From contig CBDDPY010000002.1 in the NCBI GenBank assembly GCA_965232515.1, positions 256,001 to 320,000 on the forward strand: a stretch of 64,000 nt of DNA. The letters run 5' to 3'. This DNA is from Alphaproteobacteria bacterium (GTDB lineage: Bacteria > Pseudomonadota > Alphaproteobacteria > GCA-2731375). The notes under the pieces were generated by a model. It had not been told where the DNA came from, did not search any database, and saw only the letters and a program-made list of their open reading frames with translations. This document shows positions 58,281-64,000 of this stretch, in pieces (position 1 is the stretch's first letter; each line of letters opens with the position of its first letter). Both the position numbers and the translations under genes were made by a program.

Positions 58281-59822
58281 TCAACCCTCCTTGTCGTTAT
58301 GTCGCTCAAGTCTACTGCCGCCGTCGGTCGGCAACAACGTTTCGCGGTAGTGCCGCTCGATGTGCTGGCGCAGCGCCTGCATGCGCGCGACGTCGCCGCG
58401 GTCGCGCGGGCCGCGGGCGGCGCGTGCCGCATCCGCCGCCTCGGCGGCGATCGCCGGCTTGTCGAGAGCCGTCAGCGCGCCGTCGCAATAGAGAATCCGG
58501 CCGTCGACCATGGTCAGCTTGACGTCGTCGCCGCGGGCGCGTGCCAGCAGCGCGTCGATCAGCGGCATGTCCGGATCGAGATAGGGCTGCCGCGTGCGAT
58601 CCAGGGACAGCGCCACCAGATCGGCCCGTGCGCCGGGTTCAATGCGGCCGACATCGGGCGCGGTCTGCGCCGCCTTCGCGCCGTTCACGGTCAGCATCCG
58701 CAACTTGTCGGCCGGGGTCGGCGCCGCCGGTCCATGCCAGTCCGGCACACGGGCCAATTCGGCCGCCAGTCGCAGCTCGCCCAGCAGATCCTCGTCGTCG
58801 GCGAGCCCGCCATTGTCCGTACCGATGGCGACGGGCACGCCGGCTTGCAGCAGCTTCGCCAGCGGCGCGGCGCCATTGTGCAGACGCAGGTTGCTGCCCG
58901 GGTTGCGCACCACGACCGCGCCGTGGTGGGCGATGGTCTCGATATCGCGGTCGTCCAGATACACGCCGTGCGCCAGGGCCGTCCGCGGCGTCAAGGCGCC
59001 GAGCCCGGCCATGTGCGCGAAGGCGCCGTCGGGATAGAGCGCCGCCAGTGTTGCTTGCTGCGCCGGCGACTCGGCCGCGTGAATGTGCAGGCCCAGTCCC
59101 TTGGCGTCGGCGTCGCGGGCGAGCGTCGCCAGCATTTCGTCCGACACCCATTGCAGGCCGGCCGGCCCGTAGCAGAGCCGGATGCGCGGATGATCGCCGA
59201 AGTCCGCCAGCAGCCGGTCCATCAGCGCTGTCGTCGCCGTGCCGTCGCCGGCATATGGCTGTCCCGTCGGCACCGCGACCCAGCCGCGCAGGTCGGCCGG
59301 TAGGCTCGCCAGGAATGCGTCCTCGTGCGGCGGATAGACAACGAAACCCCGGTCCATGGCGCCGACGCAGAAGGTGACGCGCAGGCCCGACTCGTCGTAG
59401 GCCCGCAGCGCCGCCCGCGCTTCCGCCTCGTAATCGCCGCTGCCGTAGCTGTAGTTGGCGTGCACCGTGCTGGTGACGCCGTTCTCGATCATGCAGGCCG
59501 CGGCCAGCTTGGTGACGGGGTAGGGGGCGAGGCTGCCGCGCGCCCGCCGGCTGTTGATCCAGAGCTCCAGAAAATCGTCGGCATAGCCGAGCTGGATCTG
59601 GCTGATGCCGCGCCCGTGCTGATGCGCGTTCACCAGGCCCGGCATCACCAGGCAGCCGTCCAGCTCTTCGGTCCGGGCGTCGGGCCAGCGCTGCCGCAAA
59701 ACGTCCGCACGATCGATGGCGGCGATGCGACTGCCGACAACGGCGATCGATGCGCCGTTTTGCAAGCTATCCGGATCGGCGGTGGGCAGCAGATATTCCG
59801 GCTGCAGAATGATCGTGGTCAT
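58281..59822 (-). CDS. Amidohydrolase family protein (AtzA/SsnA-like deaminase)
   Basis: PGLVNAHQH (HxH), HIHAAES, LAHGV, NPGSNLRL, GTD, G.IEPGARADL. Confidence 0.88.
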   Translation of the reverse strand: MTTIILQPEYLLPTADPDSLQNGASIAVVGSRIAAIDRADVLRQRWPDARTEELDGCLVMPGLVNAHQHGRGISQIQLGYADDFLELWINSRRARGSLAPYPVTKLAAACMIENGVTSTVHANYSYGSGDYEAEARAALRAYDESGLRVTFCVGAMDRGFVVYPPHEDAFLASLPADLRGWVAVPTGQPYAGDGTATTALMDRLLADFGDHPRIRLCYGPAGLQWVSDEMLATLARDADAKGLGLHIHAAESPAQQATLAALYPDGAFAHMAGLGALTPRTALAHGVYLDDRDIETIAHHGAVVVRNPGSNLRLHNGAAPLAKLLQAGVPVAIGTDNGGLADDEDLLGELRLAAELARVPDWHGPAAPTPADKLRMLTVNGAKAAQTAPDVGRIEPGARADLVALSLDRTRQPYLDPDMPLIDALLARARGDDVKLTMVDGRILYCDGALTALDKPAIAAEAADAARAARGPRDRGDVARMQALRQHIERHYRETLLPTDGGSRLERHNDKEG

Positions 59823-59898
59823 GTCGTCCCTTTTTCGACCGGAGGTCGATTATGGCATCCTAGACGACCATGATTGCAGCGCGGAGGCCGAAGGCGAA

Positions 59899-60690
59899 AT
59901 GTATGAGACCTACGAGACCCTGTTGACCGAACGCCGGGGCAAGATCCTGACCGTCACCATGAACCGGCCGGAGGTGAAGAACGCGGCGAACGACGTGATG
60001 CACGCCGAGCTCGCGCGCATCTTCTACGAGATCGCCGCCGATCCCGACTGCGACGTGGTCGTGCTGACCGGCGCGGGCGACGCTTTCTGCGCCGGCGGCG
60101 ACATCAACGGCATGGCCCGCAAGATCGAGGACCACACGCTCTGGGTCCAGACCGTGGTCGAGGCGCGCGACATCTTCTACGGCATGCTCGACCTCGACAA
60201 GCCGGTGATCGCCCGGCTGAACGGCGCGGCCTCGGGGCTCGGCGCCACGCTCGCCGTCTATTGCGACATCATCATCGCCGCCGAAAGCGCCAAGATCGGG
60301 GACCCGCACGTCAAGGTCGGTCTGGTCGCCGGCGACGGCGGCGCGCTGATGTGGCCGATGCTGGTCGGCTACGCGAAGGCGAAGGAGCTGTTGTTCCTGG
60401 GCGATCATGTCGACGCGCGGGAGGCCGAGCGCATCGGTCTGATCAACTACGCGGTGCCGGACGACCAACTCGACGAAAAGGTCTACGCCATGGCCGACCG
60501 TCTCGCCGCCGGCGCTACCCAGGCGATCGGCTGGACCAAGCGCGCCATCAACCACAGTCTGCGGCAGTTGGCCCAGGGCACCATGGAAGTCGGCCTCGGC
60601 CTGGAAACGCTCTCCCACCTCAGCCACGACCACGCCGAAGCGGTCAACGCCTTTCGGGAAAAGCGCCGCCCGGCTTTCACCGGGCGGTAG
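59899..60690 (+). CDS. Enoyl-CoA hydratase/isomerase family protein
   Basis: NRPEVKNA, AFCAGGDI, KPVIARLNG.A.GLGAT, DPHVKVGLVAGDGG, AFREKRRP.F.GR. Confidence 0.9.
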   Translation: MYETYETLLTERRGKILTVTMNRPEVKNAANDVMHAELARIFYEIAADPDCDVVVLTGAGDAFCAGGDINGMARKIEDHTLWVQTVVEARDIFYGMLDLDKPVIARLNGAASGLGATLAVYCDIIIAAESAKIGDPHVKVGLVAGDGGALMWPMLVGYAKAKELLFLGDHVDAREAERIGLINYAVPDDQLDEKVYAMADRLAAGATQAIGWTKRAINHSLRQLAQGTMEVGLGLETLSHLSHDHAEAVNAFREKRRPAFTGR

Positions 60691-60729
60691 GGGGCTAATG
60701 CGACGACGCTCCCGAAAAGGTCTCTCATG

Positions 60730-60815
60730 TCGTCATGCCCGGACTTGATCCGGGCATCCAGGGGCGTGTGATCGGACGCTGACCTGGATCACCGGGCCAA
60801 GCCCGGTGATGACGA
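60730..60815. repeat. REP-like inverted doublet, family C (CGTC-tagged)
   Basis: TCGTCATGCCCGGACTTGATCCGGGCATCCAGG ... CCTGGATCACCGGGCCAAGCCCGGTGATGACGA; between convergent genes. Confidence 0.85.
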
Positions 60816-60839
60816 ATTGGCTGCAAACGTTGGCCTGCC

Positions 60840-61271
60840 CTAGCTCTGCGTCACCTTGATGCGCCGGGCCTTGCCGTCGTCGCTGGCCGTCTTCGGCACG
60901 CGGACCGACAGCACGCCGTTCTTATACTGCGCGTCGATCCGGTGCGCGTCGCCGTCCGGCGGCACCCGGAACGAGCGCTGGAAGGCGCCATAGGCGCGCT
61001 CGGAGAAGAAATACGTCCGACCGCTTTCTTCCCGCTCGAAGCGCTTTTCGCCCTTCACCGTGATCGTGTTGCCGTTCACCGAGACGTCGATGTCATCCGG
61101 CTCGACGCCCGGTACCTCGACGTTGATTTCGTAGAAGTCGTTCGTGGTCGCGGCTTCCGACTGCGGCGCGAAGTAGCCGGCGATGCGGTTGCCGACCTGG
61201 CGCAGCGGGTCGTACAGGTTATGCAGCCAGTTGGTCTCGTGACCGCCAACGGTGTGCGTTTTCTCTACCAT
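60840..61271 (-). CDS. Hsp20/alpha-crystallin family protein
   Basis: EVPGV, KGEK, ERAYGAFQRSF, A.YKNGVL.V.VPK; GGAGG RBS. Confidence 0.93.
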   Translation of the reverse strand: MVEKTHTVGGHETNWLHNLYDPLRQVGNRIAGYFAPQSEAATTNDFYEINVEVPGVEPDDIDVSVNGNTITVKGEKRFEREESGRTYFFSERAYGAFQRSFRVPPDGDAHRIDAQYKNGVLSVRVPKTASDDGKARRIKVTQS

Positions 61272-61327
61272 GCCAGCGCCTCCAACTAGTGACACCGGCA
61301 CTAAAGCGCGTTCGGCCTGGCGATTTC

Positions 61328-61341
61328 CTGATCTGGATCAA
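61328..61341 (-). promoter_or_regulatory. FNR/FixK box upstream of hsp20
   Basis: TTGAT-CCAG-ATCAG on the minus strand (1 mismatch); TTTAGT 22 nt downstream, same spacing as at usp. Confidence 0.7.
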
Positions 61342-61371
61342 ATTCGGTGTTTGACCCGCAAGCGGCACGGT

Positions 61372-61992
61372 TCAGGTGATCGGCAACATGACATTCTGCT
61401 GGAACGCCTCGCGCTGGGTCAAGCGTTCGTACCAGGCCCGGACGCTTGGCAAGTCGGGCCGGTCGATATCGAGTCCGTACCAGCGGTAGACCATGGCGCC
61501 GACCGGGAAATCGCCCATGGTCAGGGCCGAGCCGGCGATGTAGTCGGGGCCGGCAAGGTGCCGATCCAGGCGCTCGAACAGATGCCCGACCTCCTCTGCC
61601 GCGGCGGTGATCGCGTCCATGTCCCGCTCTTCCTCCGGCGTCCGCACCAGGCCCCAGAACACGGTCGTCATCGGCGCCAGCAGAATGGTCTGCTGCCAGT
61701 CCATCCATTGATCGGCAAGGCCGCGGGCGCGCACATCTTCCGGGTACAGCGCGCCGGGACTGTGTTTGGCGCAGAGATAGCGAACGATGGCGTTCGACTC
61801 GTACATCATGAAGCCCTGGTCGTCGATCACCGGCACCCGGCCCTGCGGGTTCATCGCCAGATACCACTCTTCGTTGACCTTGCCGAAGGCGCCGCCGGCA
61901 TCGATGCGCTCGTGCTCCAGCTCCAACTCACCGATACACCACATGACTTTCTGCACGTTCGCGGAATTAGCGCGACCCCAGATGCGCAGCAT
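61372..61992 (-). CDS. Glutathione S-transferase family protein (GstB/YliJ-like)
   Basis: IWGRANSANVQKVMW, MNPQGRVP, ESNAIVRYL, WMDWQ. Confidence 0.92.
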   Translation of the reverse strand: MLRIWGRANSANVQKVMWCIGELELEHERIDAGGAFGKVNEEWYLAMNPQGRVPVIDDQGFMMYESNAIVRYLCAKHSPGALYPEDVRARGLADQWMDWQQTILLAPMTTVFWGLVRTPEEERDMDAITAAAEEVGHLFERLDRHLAGPDYIAGSALTMGDFPVGAMVYRWYGLDIDRPDLPSVRAWYERLTQREAFQQNVMLPIT

Positions 61993-62139
61993 GACGTTCC
62001 CTCCTGATGCCGGTTTCAGCCGAAGATTGTGCCCGGTCCGTGAATACCCGGCGCGGGGCTGAATAGCAACGACGGCGATTGCCCGCAAGACGTAGTTCGT
62101 TCACACTCGCCAAGCTCTCGCCAATGCACTTGTAGAACC

Positions 62140-62613
62140 ATGACATATACGAAGAATTTTCCGGTTTCCTGGGACCAGTTACACCGTGACGCGCGTGCGC
62201 TCGCCTGGCGTCTGATCGAGCGCGGGCCATGGGAAGGCGTCGTCGCGGTGACGCGCGGCGGCCTGGTGCCGGCGGCGATCGTCGCGCGCGAGTTGAATAT
62301 CCGTCTGATCGAGACGGTCTGCATCGTCACCCGTCGCGGCCAGGACGTGGGCGAGCCGGTGATCCTAAAGTCGCTCTCGGGCGACGGCGAGGGCTGGCTG
62401 ATCGTCGACGATCTCGTCGACACCGGCACGACGGCACGAATCGTCCGCGAGATGCACCCGAAAGCGCATTTCGCCACGGTCTATGCCAAGCCGGAAGGGC
62501 GTCCGTCGGTCGACACCTTCATCACCGAGGTCAGCCAGGACACCTGGATCCTGTTCCCCTGGGACGCCGAGCTGCAATTCACCGAGCCGGTGGTCGACCG
62601 CAAGCAGGGCTGA
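62140..62613 (+). CDS. gpt: Xanthine phosphoribosyltransferase
   Basis: [46 protein letters not shown]. Confidence 0.93.
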   Translation: MTYTKNFPVSWDQLHRDARALAWRLIERGPWEGVVAVTRGGLVPAAIVARELNIRLIETVCIVTRRGQDVGEPVILKSLSGDGEGWLIVDDLVDTGTTARIVREMHPKAHFATVYAKPEGRPSVDTFITEVSQDTWILFPWDAELQFTEPVVDRKQG

Positions 62614-62618
62614 CCGAC

Positions 62619-63812
62619 CTGACCACATCGCAGGGATCGAATCGCCAAGCCGCCGCCGGCGATCTCGGCGTCGCCACGCGGCTCGCTTTCTACTACGGCG
62701 GCATGTTCGCCTTCGTTGGCATTTACATGCCGTTCTGGCCGGTCTGGCTCACCGCGCACGGCCTGAGCGCGCCCGAGATCGGCGCCGTGCTGTCGGCGGC
62801 GCTCTGGATCAAGGTGGTGGCCAATCCGACGATCGCGCGCCTCGCCGACCGCAGCGGCGAGCGCAAGCGGCCGATGCTGCTGCTGGCCGTGCTGGCGCTT
62901 GCCGGCTTCGCGCTGTTTCCCCTCGTCGACGGCTTCTGGCCGATCCTGCTGCTCTCGGTCTTCGCCAGCATCAGCTATTCCGCCATTATGCCGCTCGGCG
63001 AGACCGTGGCCCTGTCGGCGAGCTACGAGCGGCGTCTCGACTACGGCCGCGTCCGGCTCTGGGGCTCGCTCGCGTTTATCGCCGCATCCATCCTGGGCGG
63101 CCGGCTGCTGGGCATCGGCGGTCCCGATATCGTGCTCTGGCTGATCATCGGCTGTCTCGGCTGGCTGCTGTTGTCCTGCGCACTGTTGCCCGACACCCGA
63201 CAGGCGCGCGGGCGTGGGCGCGGGGGCGATGTGTTGCGGCTCGCCCGCAATCCCGTCTTCCTGGCCTTTCTCGCGGCCGGCAGCCTGATTCAGGCCAGCC
63301 ACGCCGTGATCTACGGCTTCGGCACCCTGCACTGGCAGGCGGCCGGCATCTCCGACGATGTCATCGGCTGGCTCTGGGCCGAGGGTGTGGTGGCCGAGAT
63401 CGCGTTGTTCGCGATCAGCGGCGCCGTCGTCGCGCGGCTTGGCGTCGCCCGCCTGTTGTTGCTTGCGGGTCTCGCCGGATTGCTGCGTTGGACCCTGACC
63501 GCAGTCAGCACCGATCTCGGCGTCCTGATCGCCGTGCAGGCGCTGCACGGCTTCACCTTCGGCGCGGCGCACCTCGCCGCCATGCATTTCATCACCCGCG
63601 CGGCGCCGCCGGAGATGGCCGCCACGGCGCAGACGCTCTATTCGGCGGTGGCCGCCGGCATCGCCATGGGCGCGGCGGCCGGCGCGTCCGGCCTGCTTTA
63701 CCAGGCCTTCGGCGGCGGCGCCTTCCTTGTCATGGCGGCGCTTGCCGGCATCGGCAGCCTGTTCGCGCTCGTCGTCATGCGCGGCTGGGATGGCGGCCGC
63801 CTGACCGCGTGA
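62619..63812 (+). CDS. MFS transporter (HcaT/MFS_1_like); start uncertain
   Basis: GIYMPFWPVWL, DYGRVRLWGS, LIQASHA..YGF, GVVAEI, QALHGFTFG; no ATG/GTG/TTG before conserved TM1. Confidence 0.85.
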   Translation: MTTSQGSNRQAAAGDLGVATRLAFYYGGMFAFVGIYMPFWPVWLTAHGLSAPEIGAVLSAALWIKVVANPTIARLADRSGERKRPMLLLAVLALAGFALFPLVDGFWPILLLSVFASISYSAIMPLGETVALSASYERRLDYGRVRLWGSLAFIAASILGGRLLGIGGPDIVLWLIIGCLGWLLLSCALLPDTRQARGRGRGGDVLRLARNPVFLAFLAAGSLIQASHAVIYGFGTLHWQAAGISDDVIGWLWAEGVVAEIALFAISGAVVARLGVARLLLLAGLAGLLRWTLTAVSTDLGVLIAVQALHGFTFGAAHLAAMHFITRAAPPEMAATAQTLYSAVAAGIAMGAAAGASGLLYQAFGGGAFLVMAALAGIGSLFALVVMRGWDGGRLTA

Positions 63813-63853
63813 TAGGCTTGGGCAACGTTTGAACAGATTGTGGGAGTAGCGCC

Positions 63854-64000
63854 ATGGCCATCGTCGAAACCGAAGCGCTTGCCGAAGGCGTCGCCGGGTT
63901 GGCCCTGAACCGGCCCGAGAAGCGTAATGCCCTCGACCTGGAGATCCGCACGGAGTTGATGAGCGGCCTTGAGGGGCTTCTGGCCGACGACGCCGTGCGC
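63854..64000 (+). CDS. Enoyl-CoA hydratase/isomerase family protein, N-terminal part; truncated by window edge
   Basis: MAIVETEALAEGVAGLALNRPEKRNALD...; GGGAG RBS. Confidence 0.8.
   Translation, partial: MAIVETEALAEGVAGLALNRPEKRNALDLEIRTELMSGLEGLLADDAVR

Noticed and set aside
61272-61371. ROSE thermometer or RpoH promoter for hsp20
   Set aside because: No TTGCT anti-SD hairpin or clear CTTGAA/CCCCAT pair; the FNR-type geometry predicts a leader too short for ROSE.

Overview
High-GC alphaproteobacterial chromosomal segment (probably Rhodospirillales-like; inferred from gene families, CtrA/FixK-type motifs and repeat families). It is dominated by nutrient uptake and catabolism: two Liv-type ABC systems, a NitT/TauT-type ABC, Opp, TRAP with hydantoinase/oxoprolinase, an acyl-CoA dehydrogenase pair, TauD, a CoA-transferase and an amidohydrolase-DUF1445-GMC operon. 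It also holds a complete SUF operon, a Pho-box-flanked plcP/GT4/lipid-kinase locus, dusA, nadE, gpt and a hybrid kinase plus receiver. I found no rRNA, tRNA, CRISPR, prophage or defence system. The non-coding DNA is the most informative part. (1) An intact IS5-family element sits exactly on the symmetry axis of a palindrome inside a REP-like repeat, and an empty copy of that repeat is present 20 kb away. (2) Five REP-like doublets from three families occupy convergent gene junctions. (3) A shared 24-bp operator links a TetR gene, a creatinase-like M24 enzyme and a Liv-ABC+GAF operon. (4) FNR/FixK, PhoB, CtrA, NtrC/sigma54 and Rrf2 sites are recognisable. Two genes (AraC regulator, class II aldolase) are frameshifted. 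All functional calls rest on motifs recognised by eye; no database searches were run.
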